Shown in pieces: positions 29,441 to 39,605 of a DNA stretch of 64,000 nt. The translations under genes and the position numbers were made by a program. The stretch's first letter is position 1. The number at the start of each line of letters is the position of its first letter. The notes under the pieces are model-generated. The model did no database searches and was not told where the DNA came from. It saw only the letters and a program-made list of their open reading frames with translations. Source of the stretch: an uncultured Planctomycetia bacterium (GTDB lineage: Bacteria > Omnitrophota > Gorgyraeia > 1-14-0-20-64-10); assembly GCA_964373715.1 (NCBI GenBank), contig CAYJVR010000008.1, positions 8,468 to 72,467 on the forward strand. The letters run 5' to 3'.

Positions 29441-30737
29441 GGTGGCATGACTCCTTCGCTTTCCGAGTAAATTTTAGCGCGCGACTCCCGATGTCCCGGC
29501 GAAACTGCTTGCCTTCAAACTGGATCAAATCCGCCCCTTTGTATGCCTTCTGAAGGGCCGCCTCAAGAGACTCCCCAAGCGCAGCGACATTTAAAACCCG
29601 GCCCCCTTTGGTAAGTATCCGCCCCTTGTCCACTTCGGTCGCGCCGTGAAAAACAAGGGTGTCCGGCTGATCGGCCGCCTTATCCAATCCGGTAACAACC
29701 CGCCCGATGTCGTAAGCCCCAGGATATCCTTTTGAGGCCAGCACCACGCAAGCACATGCCCTCGAATCCCACTGGATCGAATACTTATCGAGCCGACCCT
29801 CGATTGAGGCCAGCATCATCTCAACGAAATCGCTCTTCAAGCGGGGGAGGATCGCCTGAACTTCCGGGTCACCGAAACGGACGTTAAACTCCAGCACTTG
29901 AGGCCCCTCTTCGGTCAGCATCAATCCGGCATACAATATCCCTGTAAACGGAGACCCTTCCTGCCCCATAACGCGGATCACCGGCTCGAATATTTTTTTG
30001 CGGATCTTATCCAAATCCCGCGCATCCAGCATCGGAACAGGGGAATAAGCCCCCATCCCCCCGGTATTCGGGCCTTCATCCCCATCGCCCACCCTCTTAT
30101 GATCCTGCGAAGATTCCAGAAGAACGAAATTCTTTCCATCCACGCAGGCAAGGACGGAAACCTCTTCGCCGGAAAGGCACTCTTCGATAACCACCTGCTT
30201 GCCCGCCTCGCCGAAAATACGGTCTTTCAAGATACCCTTGACCGCCTTCTTGGCCTCTTCCTTATCGGCGGCTACGATCACCCCTTTGCCGGCAGCTAAT
30301 CCATCCGCTTTGACAACAACCGGTTTTTTTGATGATTCGATGAATTTCAGCGCCGGTTCGATTTCATGGAAAACCTCAAAACGGGCGGTCGGGACTCCGC
30401 ACTTGCGCATAATCTCCTTTGCGAAGGCTTTGGATCCTTCCAACTGGGCCGCCCGTTTAGTCGGCCCAAAAATCTTCAGCCCCTTCTCCTGAAAATAATC
30501 GACGATCCCGGCGACAAGCGGCGCTTCCGGCCCGACAACCGTCAGGTCAATCCGAGAGGCCACGGCGAATCCCGAAAGCCCAACAATCTTATCGGCGGTC
30601 AGCGGCAGATACTCTGCCAGATTGCTCATGCCGGCATTGCCCGGCGCGACAAAAATCTTTTCAACGCGCGGACTCTGCGCCAGCTTCCAGATAATGGCAT
30701 GTTCCCTGCCGCCAGCACCGATAACCAGGATTCTCAC
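29433..30737 (-). CDS. purD: Phosphoribosylamine-glycine ligase
   Basis: 434 aa. Begins MRILVIGAGGREHA and has an ATP-grasp body. Confidence 0.9.
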   Translation of the reverse strand: MRILVIGAGGREHAIIWKLAQSPRVEKIFVAPGNAGMSNLAEYLPLTADKIVGLSGFAVASRIDLTVVGPEAPLVAGIVDYFQEKGLKIFGPTKRAAQLEGSKAFAKEIMRKCGVPTARFEVFHEIEPALKFIESSKKPVVVKADGLAAGKGVIVAADKEEAKKAVKGILKDRIFGEAGKQVVIEECLSGEEVSVLACVDGKNFVLLESSQDHKRVGDGDEGPNTGGMGAYSPVPMLDARDLDKIRKKIFEPVIRVMGQEGSPFTGILYAGLMLTEEGPQVLEFNVRFGDPEVQAILPRLKSDFVEMMLASIEGRLDKYSIQWDSRACACVVLASKGYPGAYDIGRVVTGLDKAADQPDTLVFHGATEVDKGRILTKGGRVLNVAALGESLEAALQKAYKGADLIQFEGKQFRRDIGSRALKFTRKAKESCHHG

Positions 30738-31732
30738 CGGATCTCCACCTTCCGGCTTCCTTTCACGGCCTTGCCGATCACCCAGCTGGCCACCCCGTGC
30801 CGCTTCAGGAAGCCTTGAGCCTTCGCCGCGTGAAGAGCCGGTAAAACCAGCACCATCCCGATCCCCATATTGAAGGTTTTAAACATTTCATGTTTCGAAA
30901 CACCGGCCGCCTGGATCTCCCGGAAAACCGGAGGTACCGGCCAACAACCCGTTTTCACAACCGCGTCAACCCCGGCCGGCAGGATGCGCGGCACCTTGTT
31001 TTCAAAAGAGCCTCCGGTGATATGGGCAATCCCCAGGACCGGCAGTCGTCTTTTTAAGAGGTCAAGGACAGGCCGGACGTAAATCCGGGTCGGCTTGAGA
31101 AGCTCCCTCCCCTTTGCCTTAAGGACTTTTTTGGAGAAAACCTTCTGCACCAGCGTGAAACCGTTGGCGTGAATTCCGTTGGAGGCGAGCCCCAACAAAA
31201 CATGCCCCGGCCTAATCCTGTCGCCGGTCACAATTTCTTTCTGCTTGACCACACCGACGGCAAAACCAGCCAGGTCGAAATCATTCGGTTTGTAGACCAG
31301 CGGCATCTGGGCCGTCTCACCCCCCAAAAGCACGCAGTCCGATTCCACGCAACCCCGGACAACACCCCGCATCACGTTCAAGAGAACACCGGGGTCCAGC
31401 CTGCCGGCGGCAATGTAGTCGAGGAAAAACAGCGGCCTGGCGCCGGCACAGAGGATGTCGTTCACATTCATCGCGACCAGATCCACCCCGAGAGGGGTAT
31501 ACCAGCCGGCCAACCGGGCGAGACAGAGCTTGGTACCGACCCCATCGGCAGAGGCCACCAGTACGGAATCGTGGCCGGCATGGGAATTCATCTGAAAAAG
31601 GCCGCCGAAAGAACCGATCCCCCGCAGAAGACCAGGCCGCCGGGTGAGATGGGCAAGCGGTTGGATCGCGCGGATGAAATCATCCGCCCCTTTGACGTCC
31701 ACCCCGGCCCTTTTGTATGTGACTTCTTTCAA
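30734..31732 (-). CDS. purM: Phosphoribosylformylglycinamidine cyclo-ligase
   Basis: AIR synthase motifs (YKRAGVD..., the PurM fold). Start placed at the TTG at 31732, which overlaps the purF stop. The upstream part of the ORF overlaps purF. Confidence 0.8.
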   Translation of the reverse strand: MKEVTYKRAGVDVKGADDFIRAIQPLAHLTRRPGLLRGIGSFGGLFQMNSHAGHDSVLVASADGVGTKLCLARLAGWYTPLGVDLVAMNVNDILCAGARPLFFLDYIAAGRLDPGVLLNVMRGVVRGCVESDCVLLGGETAQMPLVYKPNDFDLAGFAVGVVKQKEIVTGDRIRPGHVLLGLASNGIHANGFTLVQKVFSKKVLKAKGRELLKPTRIYVRPVLDLLKRRLPVLGIAHITGGSFENKVPRILPAGVDAVVKTGCWPVPPVFREIQAAGVSKHEMFKTFNMGIGMVLVLPALHAAKAQGFLKRHGVASWVIGKAVKGSRKVEIR

Positions 31733-33177
31733 CGGGGCAATTCCCCTTTCGAAGCCGCTACCGCTGGCCTCGCCTCTCCTGCAAACTTCCGCTCCAGGAT
31801 ATATTTGTCCGCCTCTTTCCCGAACGGGATCGGATACTTGCCGGAATAACAAGCTGTGCAGTAATTCGATTTATTTCCGGTCACCGCGCTGAGCATCCCC
31901 TCCAAAGAGATATACCCCAGGGTGTCCACCTCAAGAAATTTCCGGATCTCCTCAAGCGAGTGGGTGCAGGCGATCAGCTCCTGGCGGGTCGGGAAATCAA
32001 TCCCGTAAAAACAGGGGTGCATGATCGGCGGACAGGAGACGCGCATATGGATCTCCTTCGCTCCGGCCGCCCGGATCGCCTTCAATCGGGACTTGCAGGT
32101 GGTGCCGCGCACGATGGAATCATCAATCACCACAACCCTCTTGCCGGCCAAAGCCGCCTTGACCGGGTTAAACTTCACCCTCGCCTGGAAATCCCGGGTC
32201 TGCTGGCTCGGCTGGATAAAGGTGCGCCCGACGTAGTGGTTGCGGGTCATGCCGATCTCGAACGGAATGCCGGATTCCAGAGAGTATCCGAGCGCAGCAG
32301 AGGTACCGGAGTCGGGGATCGCGATAACGCAATCGGCGTCGGCCGGATGCTCTTTCGCCAGCTGCCTGCCCAGTCGCTGTCGGACATGATGGACCGACTC
32401 CCCAAAAACACGGGAATCCGGCCGGGCGAAATAGACATGCTCGAAAATACAGAAAGAGGCCTGGGTCGGCGGAAAAGGTTTCAGGCTTTTGATTCCGGAA
32501 GAGTTGATGATCACTATCTCTCCCGGCTCCACCTCCCGGACAAAAGTGGCCCCGAGCAGATCCAACGCGCAGGTCTCGGAGGCAAGGATCGTGGCGTCCC
32601 CCAGTGTCCCGAGGCATAACGGGCGGAAACCGTTCGGGTCCCGGATGCCGATCAGTTCTTTTTCCCGGAGGATAAGCAGAGAGAATGCCCCTTTGAGCTT
32701 TAACAGGGTGTCTACCAACGCCTGCTCAAAATGGGCAAAATTCGGATCCGCAAGAAGGTGGAGGATGACTTCCGAATCAATCGTCGTCTGAAAGATCGAG
32801 CCGTGCGCCTCCAGCTCGTCCCTCAGGAGAAGCGCGTTGATCAGGTTCCCGTTGTGGGCTATCGCAATCGAACCCCGGGAGTAATCCACCTGGAGCGGCT
32901 GTGCGTTCTTCAGCCGGCTGGAGCCGGTCGTCGAATACCGGGTGTGGCCTATCGCGTAGGGCCCCTTTAGCTCGGCTATGCTCTGTTCGCTGAAAACATC
33001 CGCCACCAAACCCATGCCGATGTGCTTATGGAGAACATTACCGTCGGAAGAGACGATACCGGCCGACTCCTCCCCCCGGTGCTGAAGAGAGAACAGCCCC
33101 ATGTAGGACAGGCGCGCCGCTTCCGGATGGTTGAATATCCCGAACAAACCGCAATGCTCTTTGACTGTCTCATCCAT
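31729..33177 (-). CDS. purF: Amidophosphoribosyltransferase
   Basis: 482 aa. Begins with the Ntn-type CGLFGI motif and has a PRTase domain. Confidence 0.9.
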   Translation of the reverse strand: MDETVKEHCGLFGIFNHPEAARLSYMGLFSLQHRGEESAGIVSSDGNVLHKHIGMGLVADVFSEQSIAELKGPYAIGHTRYSTTGSSRLKNAQPLQVDYSRGSIAIAHNGNLINALLLRDELEAHGSIFQTTIDSEVILHLLADPNFAHFEQALVDTLLKLKGAFSLLILREKELIGIRDPNGFRPLCLGTLGDATILASETCALDLLGATFVREVEPGEIVIINSSGIKSLKPFPPTQASFCIFEHVYFARPDSRVFGESVHHVRQRLGRQLAKEHPADADCVIAIPDSGTSAALGYSLESGIPFEIGMTRNHYVGRTFIQPSQQTRDFQARVKFNPVKAALAGKRVVVIDDSIVRGTTCKSRLKAIRAAGAKEIHMRVSCPPIMHPCFYGIDFPTRQELIACTHSLEEIRKFLEVDTLGYISLEGMLSAVTGNKSNYCTACYSGKYPIPFGKEADKYILERKFAGEARPAVAASKGELPR

Positions 33178-33195
33178 GGGGTAACTTCCTCTCGG

Positions 33196-34002
33196 TTACA
33201 ACCGTTTCCGGACCCACGCAACACCGTTTTTAAAAATCTGAAGGCCGTCTCCCTCGCCGGCGCGGCCTTCCCTCGGGCCTTCCCTCGTCCACCGAGGATG
33301 CTGATGAACCGACACATGCCGCTCAGGGTGCGGCATCAACCCGAAGATCCGGCCGCTCGGGTCGCAGATACCGGCGATCCCTCCGAACGAACCGTTCGGG
33401 TTCCAAGGATACCCTGCCTCCGACCCCTGCGAATCGCAGTAATGGAACGCAATCTGTCCGTATCCGAGCAGCTGCTCCAAAACAGTCTGGTCCTTGGTGA
33501 CGAATTTCCCCTCGCCGTGAGCCACAGGCAGCTCCACCATCTCCTCCAGCCCCTGCGTCCAAACACAGACGTTGAACTCCTGCCGCAGGTAAACCCACCG
33601 GTCCTCGAACTTTCCCGAATCGTTGACGGTCAGCGTGGTTTCCTGAGGAGCGCCGACCTGCCCGCTGGGCAATATGCCGGATTTCACGAGAACTTGAAAA
33701 CCGTTGCAGATGCCGATCACCAGCTTCTGCCCGCGCAGGAATGCGACAAGCGCGTCATTCAGCCTAAAAGCAAGCTGGTTCGCCAGCAATTTCCCCGCGC
33801 CGAGATCATCCCCATAGGAAAACCCGCCGGGGATCGCCAGTATCTGGTAATCTTCTAAAGCTTTCGGGTTCTCCCTCAGTTCCTGGACCCAGACCGTCCG
33901 GGGTTCGGCTCCGGCCAACTCAAACGCATGGGCCGTCTCCGTATCGCAGTTGGTGCCGGGGCCCTTTAAGACCGCCACTTTCACTTTTGTCATTTCGCTC
34001 AC
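33196..34002 (-). CDS. purQ: Phosphoribosylformylglycinamidine synthase subunit PurQ (glutaminase)
   Basis: 268 aa. Begins KVAVLKGPGTNCDTE and has the class I glutamine amidotransferase Cys motif GICNGFQ. Confidence 0.85.
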   Translation of the reverse strand: MSEMTKVKVAVLKGPGTNCDTETAHAFELAGAEPRTVWVQELRENPKALEDYQILAIPGGFSYGDDLGAGKLLANQLAFRLNDALVAFLRGQKLVIGICNGFQVLVKSGILPSGQVGAPQETTLTVNDSGKFEDRWVYLRQEFNVCVWTQGLEEMVELPVAHGEGKFVTKDQTVLEQLLGYGQIAFHYCDSQGSEAGYPWNPNGSFGGIAGICDPSGRIFGLMPHPERHVSVHQHPRWTREGPREGRAGEGDGLQIFKNGVAWVRKRL

Positions 34003-36944
34003 CAGTCCTTAAACGGCCGCTGCCACGCTTCCTGCAGCGCTTCGACGGTTGTCTCAATCACCGGGGTTCCGGCAAGACCGGTCACGCGCAGCAATGGAGA
34101 TTTCTCGAATTGGCCGATCCTGTCCACCGGAACCCCCTGCAGCGCTTTCCTGAACGCCTCCTCCTTGTCCGGTGGAACCTCCAAGAGAAATCGGCTGGCC
34201 GACTCCGCAAAGAGGAGAAGATCGTCCCTTTGAATCCCCTGCTGCGGCACCCGGCGCAGGTCCAGCGAGAGCCCGATCTTTCCGGAAAAAGCCATTTCAG
34301 CCGCGGCGACACCGATGCCTCCTTCGGAACAATCGTGAGCGGAAACCACAAGCCCCTGCCCGATAGCGCCCGACACCGCCTTGAGAAGCTCCGGTGCCCT
34401 TTTTAAGTCGACTTGAGGGACCGATCCTCCGGCAATTCCGAGAGAGGCGTAATAGGATGAACCGCCCATCTCCGATTTCGTCAGTCCAACGATATACAGG
34501 GCGTTGCCGGCTTTCTTCGCATCCATCGAAACAACCCGTTTGATGTCGGAAATCACGCCGATCGCAGAAATTAAAAGGGTGCCGGGGATTTGAATCGTCT
34601 TCTCCCCTGTTCTGTATTCGTTGTGCAGGCTGTCTTTACCGGAAATAAACGGCGTCCCGAACGCTTTCGCCGCGTCATAACACCCGAAAGAGGCGCGGAC
34701 GAGAGACCCGAGCACCTCAACGCGGGTCGGGTCGCCCCAGCAGAAATTGTCCAGCACCGCGATCTGGTCAGGGGATCCGCCGACCGCCACAATCTGGCGG
34801 ATCGCCTCTTCAATAGCGAGGACAGCCATCCAGTAAGGGTCGATGTCCCCGTAGCGAAAATTAATCCCGTTGGAAAGGACCAGCCCTTTCGGCGAACCAA
34901 GCCTCGGGTTGATCACCGCGGCATCCGACGGCCCCTGGTGCTGGGCGCCGACGAGAGGCTTTAAAACGGAGCCCCCCTGCACTTCATGGTCGTAGCAGCG
35001 GATGATCCATTCTTTGCTGCAGGTATCCCACCAGCTCAACAGATTCAACAAGACCGCCGCCAGATCGGCCGGCTGAGACGGCTGCAACTCCTTCACCCGA
35101 GGAGAAACCCACCGGGCGGGCCGCAGAACTTTCGGAACACCGTGATGGAGGAACCCCATCTTCAGCTCGCCGACCCGGTTCCCCTTGTAGAACAGCTCAA
35201 GCCTTCCAGAATCGGTGAAGGTCCCTATCGCGACCGCCTCGACATCCCTGCTTTTAAACAAGGCGGTCAGCTTCTCCAGGTTCTCCTGGGGTACCGCAAA
35301 AATCATTCTCTCCTGCGACTCCGAAATCCATATCTCGGCCGGGGTAAGCCCCGCGTATTTCAGAGGGGCTTTCTCCAAATCGATCTGTGCTCCGCAGTCG
35401 GACCCCATCTCTCCCACCGCGCTGGAGAGCCCCCCCGCGCCGCAGTCGGTGACGGAGGAATAGAGCCCCTTCGCCTGGGCCTCTAAAAGAGCGTCGGTCA
35501 GCTTCTTCTCCGTTATAGGGTCTCCAATCTGCACCGCCGTGGAAGAGAGCACCTCCGATTCATGCGTCAGGGCCAAGGATGAAAAGGTGGCGCCGTGGAT
35601 CCCATCCCGGCCTGTGCGCCCTCCGGCCACGACAACCGCCATCCCGGGCTCGACCTTTTTCGCCACCTTGTCTTTCGGCAAAAGCCCGACATTGCCGCAA
35701 TAGACCAGAGGGTTGCCAACAAACCTCTCATCGAAGAGGACGGCCCCGTTGACGGTCGGAATTCCCATCTTGTTCCCGTAATCCCGGACTCCTGAGACAA
35801 CCCCTTTGATGACTCTCCTGGGATGGAGAACCCCGGGAGGGACCCGGTCCGAAGGCAGATCAGGCGGAGCAAAACAAAAGACGTCGGTTGATGCAACCGG
35901 TTTGGCCCCTAATCCGGTCCCCAGGATATCCCGGATGACGCCGCCGATCCCGGTATTCGCCCCGCCAAACGGCTCCAAAGCGGAAGGATGGTTGTGCGTT
36001 TCGACCTTGAAGCAGGCGTGATACTGGTCGTCAAAGGCGATCACGCCGGAGTTATCCGAGAAAACAGAGATACACCAGGGTTTCGCGAGCTCCTCCGTCG
36101 CCTTCATGATGGTGGTTTTCAGAAGGTCGTTGATCACCCTCTTCTCGGTCTTGCCGTCCACCTCTTCGGTGTAAACGATCGGCCCCCGGAAAGTCTTGTG
36201 CTTGCAGTGCTCCGACCATGTCTGCGCAATCGTCTCAAGTTCGATCAGCGCCGGCTCACGCCCTTCCGACCGGTAATAGGCCTGAACAGCCTTCATCTCC
36301 TCAAGATTCAGCGACAGCTGATGATCGAGACTGATCCTCTGGAGCACCGTGTCGTTGGCCTGGAGCAGATGGACGGTTTCGATCGCCATCGGCGCGGCCT
36401 GCAAAGGCGCCACCACCTGCCGGAGATTTTCCGCTGTGATCACCATCTGAATGGTCGGGTTAACGAGCAGTTTCTCGCAGATCCTCTCGATGTCCCGCGG
36501 CGAGAGATTCCCAGCCAATGTGTAGAGAACGGCGGTGTGCACGGCACCGATCGTCTGAATCCCCAGAACGGCGGCGCCGTTCTTCAGAGAATCCTCCACG
36601 GGGTCCCGCACGCCGGGCCGGAACCCGACCTCAATGGAGGTCCCCTTCAGCGAATGGAGTTCTTTCCCGGAAGCGCCGGAACTTAGGGAGATTTCCCTGC
36701 ACTCCACGTGCTGCGTGATCGGATCACACAACAGTTTTTCCTGGAGCAGATTGACCTGCTCAGCCTTCAGAGAACCGGTGCAATAGTAGACCGGCGATAT
36801 CTCCACATTCTCAACGGAGCGGATGCCGAGATCGGCGATGTCCCCCTTCAAACCGGCCGCCTGGGCGTCCACAAAACCCTCCCTGTGCCGGACGACAAAC
36901 CTCCAGCAGGTCTTCACATCGGTCTTCACGGAATCCGCGCCCAT
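33999..36944 (-). CDS. purL: Phosphoribosylformylglycinamidine synthase subunit PurL (long form)
   Basis: 981 aa. Duplicated AIRS/AIRS_C domains, and a position between purQ and purC. Confidence 0.85.
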   Translation of the reverse strand: MGADSVKTDVKTCWRFVVRHREGFVDAQAAGLKGDIADLGIRSVENVEISPVYYCTGSLKAEQVNLLQEKLLCDPITQHVECREISLSSGASGKELHSLKGTSIEVGFRPGVRDPVEDSLKNGAAVLGIQTIGAVHTAVLYTLAGNLSPRDIERICEKLLVNPTIQMVITAENLRQVVAPLQAAPMAIETVHLLQANDTVLQRISLDHQLSLNLEEMKAVQAYYRSEGREPALIELETIAQTWSEHCKHKTFRGPIVYTEEVDGKTEKRVINDLLKTTIMKATEELAKPWCISVFSDNSGVIAFDDQYHACFKVETHNHPSALEPFGGANTGIGGVIRDILGTGLGAKPVASTDVFCFAPPDLPSDRVPPGVLHPRRVIKGVVSGVRDYGNKMGIPTVNGAVLFDERFVGNPLVYCGNVGLLPKDKVAKKVEPGMAVVVAGGRTGRDGIHGATFSSLALTHESEVLSSTAVQIGDPITEKKLTDALLEAQAKGLYSSVTDCGAGGLSSAVGEMGSDCGAQIDLEKAPLKYAGLTPAEIWISESQERMIFAVPQENLEKLTALFKSRDVEAVAIGTFTDSGRLELFYKGNRVGELKMGFLHHGVPKVLRPARWVSPRVKELQPSQPADLAAVLLNLLSWWDTCSKEWIIRCYDHEVQGGSVLKPLVGAQHQGPSDAAVINPRLGSPKGLVLSNGINFRYGDIDPYWMAVLAIEEAIRQIVAVGGSPDQIAVLDNFCWGDPTRVEVLGSLVRASFGCYDAAKAFGTPFISGKDSLHNEYRTGEKTIQIPGTLLISAIGVISDIKRVVSMDAKKAGNALYIVGLTKSEMGGSSYYASLGIAGGSVPQVDLKRAPELLKAVSGAIGQGLVVSAHDCSEGGIGVAAAEMAFSGKIGLSLDLRRVPQQGIQRDDLLLFAESASRFLLEVPPDKEEAFRKALQGVPVDRIGQFEKSPLLRVTGLAGTPVIETTVEALQEAWQRPFKDW

Positions 36945-36948
36945 TTAT

Positions 36949-37683
36949 TCAGCCCCTCAATATCCGGCCGTGCACTTCCCTGTAAGCCCCCTCCACGTCG
37001 CCCAAATCGCGCAGGAAACGGTCCTTATCCAGCTTCCTGCCGGTATCGACATCCCACAGGCGGCAGGTGTCCGGCGATATTTCATCGCCCAAAAAAATCT
37101 TCCCCTTCGCTCGTCCAAACTCCACCTTAAAATCAATCAGCTCCAAACCCCGCTCCAGAAAAAACGGCTTGAGCACGTTATTCACCTGGAACGAACGCTC
37201 CCGCATTACCTTGAGCTCCTCTTCGGTGGCAATCTTCAGGCTCAAAACATGGTATTCATTGATCAGCGGGTCCCCCAGAGGATCCGACTTGTAATGGAAC
37301 TCGCAGACCGGGCACGCCAGCAGGGTCCCCTCTTCAATGGCGAAAAGCTCCGCCATCCGGCCGGCCGCCTTGTTCCGGATCGTCACCTCGACCGGGATCA
37401 CCTCGAGACGCTTGACTAAAACCTCCGTGTCGGAAAGAGCGCGGACAAAGTGGGTGGCAACCCCCTTCGATTCGAGAATCTTAAAGAGCCTGCCCGATAC
37501 CTGGCTGTTGATCGCCCCCTTAGACTGGATCGTGCCTACCTTTTTGGAGTTGAACGCCGTTGCCCGATCGGTAAATTCCAGGAAGATAAGCTCGGGATCC
37601 TCCGTCTCATAGAGCCTCTTTGACTTCCCTTCGTAGAGGAGCTTCCCCTTGGCCACACTGCCGCTGACAGACGGCTGGGTCAT
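36949..37683 (-). CDS. purC: SAICAR synthetase
   Basis: 244 aa. Contains the pattern KLLYEGKSKRLYETEDPELIFLEFTDRATAFN. Confidence 0.85.
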   Translation of the reverse strand: MTQPSVSGSVAKGKLLYEGKSKRLYETEDPELIFLEFTDRATAFNSKKVGTIQSKGAINSQVSGRLFKILESKGVATHFVRALSDTEVLVKRLEVIPVEVTIRNKAAGRMAELFAIEEGTLLACPVCEFHYKSDPLGDPLINEYHVLSLKIATEEELKVMRERSFQVNNVLKPFFLERGLELIDFKVEFGRAKGKIFLGDEISPDTCRLWDVDTGRKLDKDRFLRDLGDVEGAYREVHGRILRG

Positions 37684-38978
37684 CCGGAGAGCCCAACCCG
37701 TCTAAAGATCGTATTCACGTGCCGGGTGTGGCGCTTCAGGTCAAAACAGGCCGCCAATTCTTTTTCGCTCAACAAACGCCGGACATCCCGGTCCTCTCGA
37801 AGACGGGAGACAAAATCCTTGCCCCCCTGCCAGGCCGGCAAAGCATTGCGCTGAACGATTTTGTAGGCCTCCGGCCGCGCCAATCCTTTATGCATCAGCG
37901 CCAACAGCACGGATTCAGAGAAGATCAGCCCCCGCGTGAGGTCAACGTTCGAACGCATCCTCTTCGGATAAACCTTCATCCCCTCGAGGATCCGGGTCGT
38001 CTCCCTCAACATGTAGTCGAGCGCAATCGTGGCGTCGGGGAGGATGACGCGCTCCACCGAGGAATGGGTGATGTCTCTCTCGTGCCAAAGAGGAATATTT
38101 TCCAGAGAGGCCATCGCGTAGCTGCGCAATAAACGGGCAAGGCCGCTCACCCGCTCGCAGGAGACCGGGTTCCGCTTGTGCGGCATAGCCGACGATCCGG
38201 TTTGTCCCTCGCCGAACGGCTCCTCTGCCTCAAGCGTTTCGGTCTTCTGCAGGTGGCGGATCTCGGTGGTAAACCGCTCAAGCATGCCGCCGACCACCGC
38301 AATCCGGCAGAGCAGCGCCGCGATGCCGTCGCGCGGCACCACTTGCGTGGAAACCGGCGCCGGCTTGAGACCGAGCTTCAAACAGATGTATTTTTCGACC
38401 GCCGGGTCGAGGTGGGCAAACGTCCCGACCGCGCCGGAGATCTTGCCGATCGCCACCGCCGTCCGAGCAAGCGCGAGAAGATCCTTCGCACGGGTTAACT
38501 CTGAGTAAAAGACCGCGAGCTTGAGGCCGAACGTGGTCGGTTCGGCATGGACGCCGTGGGTCCGGCCCATACAAACAGCATTCTTGTACTTGAGCGCCTG
38601 CCGCTTCACGACACTCCGGAGCTTCTCGAGGTCGGAGAGCAGCAGCGTGACCGCCTCCTTCAGCTGGACCGCGGTGGCGGTGTCGAGCGCGTCGCTCGAG
38701 GTCAAACCCAGGTGCAGATAGCGGGCGTCGCGGCCGATGTGGGAAGCCAACTCCTCAAGGAAAGCAACAACATCGTGGCGGGTCCGGCCTTCCCTCTCGC
38801 CGATCCGGGAAACGCTGAGACGGGCCTTCCGGCGGATACGCCGGGCCGCGGCAAACGGAATAATCCCCTGTTTGGCAAGCGCCTCACAGGTGAGGAGCTC
38901 CACCTCCAGCATCTTCTGGAAGCGATACTCCTCCGTCCATATCCGGCCCATTTCGGGTGGGGTGTAGCGGGATATCAT
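37680..38978 (-). CDS. purB: Adenylosuccinate lyase
   Basis: Fumarate-lyase fold. Start chosen at MISRYTPPEMGRIW, because the upstream ATG adds an uncharacteristic extension. Confidence 0.85.
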   Translation of the reverse strand: MISRYTPPEMGRIWTEEYRFQKMLEVELLTCEALAKQGIIPFAAARRIRRKARLSVSRIGEREGRTRHDVVAFLEELASHIGRDARYLHLGLTSSDALDTATAVQLKEAVTLLLSDLEKLRSVVKRQALKYKNAVCMGRTHGVHAEPTTFGLKLAVFYSELTRAKDLLALARTAVAIGKISGAVGTFAHLDPAVEKYICLKLGLKPAPVSTQVVPRDGIAALLCRIAVVGGMLERFTTEIRHLQKTETLEAEEPFGEGQTGSSAMPHKRNPVSCERVSGLARLLRSYAMASLENIPLWHERDITHSSVERVILPDATIALDYMLRETTRILEGMKVYPKRMRSNVDLTRGLIFSESVLLALMHKGLARPEAYKIVQRNALPAWQGGKDFVSRLREDRDVRRLLSEKELAACFDLKRHTRHVNTIFRRVGLSG

Positions 38979-39041
38979 CGGGAAACATTTATTATAACAT
39001 GGGGAATGCACCTGCGAAAGCACTGTAAACTCTTCTGCACC

Positions 39042-39599
39042 TTAACGTTGGATTGTCTTGATGCGCCGCACCATGTAGCCGGAAATGGTGGTATAAACCC
39101 CCCAGGTCCCGCCCTGATAGGCCATTGTATAGGCACCGTTTCCATAAACCGCCTCGATAAACGGGACAAATTGCTGGGCATCATAAAGGAAACGCCAAAA
39201 CCGACTTGTCCCTCCCTGCAAGTCATAGACAGACCGGGGTTTGTGGATCTCGAACTCAGTCTTCAGATAGCGTCCCGACAAACGGCTCAGCTTATGGCAA
39301 TTCTTGAAACCGACAAGATTCAGCCAAGGGTGCCACTTGAGAAAATCCCCGCCGATCATCCACTGGTCTCCATGCATCAGAAAGGTTTCCGAGGCCAGTT
39401 CCCGGCCGTTGGAAATCTGGGTAAACTTCAGCTGGAAATCATAGCCGGAACCTTTGGGCGGAGCCTTGCATTCCACCACCGCAACAAGTTCTTCCGCCGT
39501 AAACACCCTATAAGAACGAAGCCCCAGCAACACCGCAACCCATGCCAGAAGCACCGTCACAAAAAGACAAACTAGCAATAACCTGATGAGCTTAGCCAT
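39042..39599 (-). CDS. Hypothetical membrane-anchored protein
   Basis: 185 aa. One N-terminal TM helix. No recognisable motif. Confidence 0.4.
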   Translation of the reverse strand: MAKLIRLLLVCLFVTVLLAWVAVLLGLRSYRVFTAEELVAVVECKAPPKGSGYDFQLKFTQISNGRELASETFLMHGDQWMIGGDFLKWHPWLNLVGFKNCHKLSRLSGRYLKTEFEIHKPRSVYDLQGGTSRFWRFLYDAQQFVPFIEAVYGNGAYTMAYQGGTWGVYTTISGYMVRRIKTIQR

Positions 39600-39605
39600 C
39601 GCCTC

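Noticed and set aside
31733..31852. N-terminal extension of the purM ORF
   Set aside because: It overlaps the 3' end of purF in another frame. The PurM core begins about 40 codons in, at a TTG that overlaps the purF stop. A parallel case is the livM extension at 46458-46547, which overlaps livH.
38547..39575. 342-aa plus-strand ORF
   Set aside because: It is antisense to purB and the downstream hypothetical gene. It was judged a compositional artefact.
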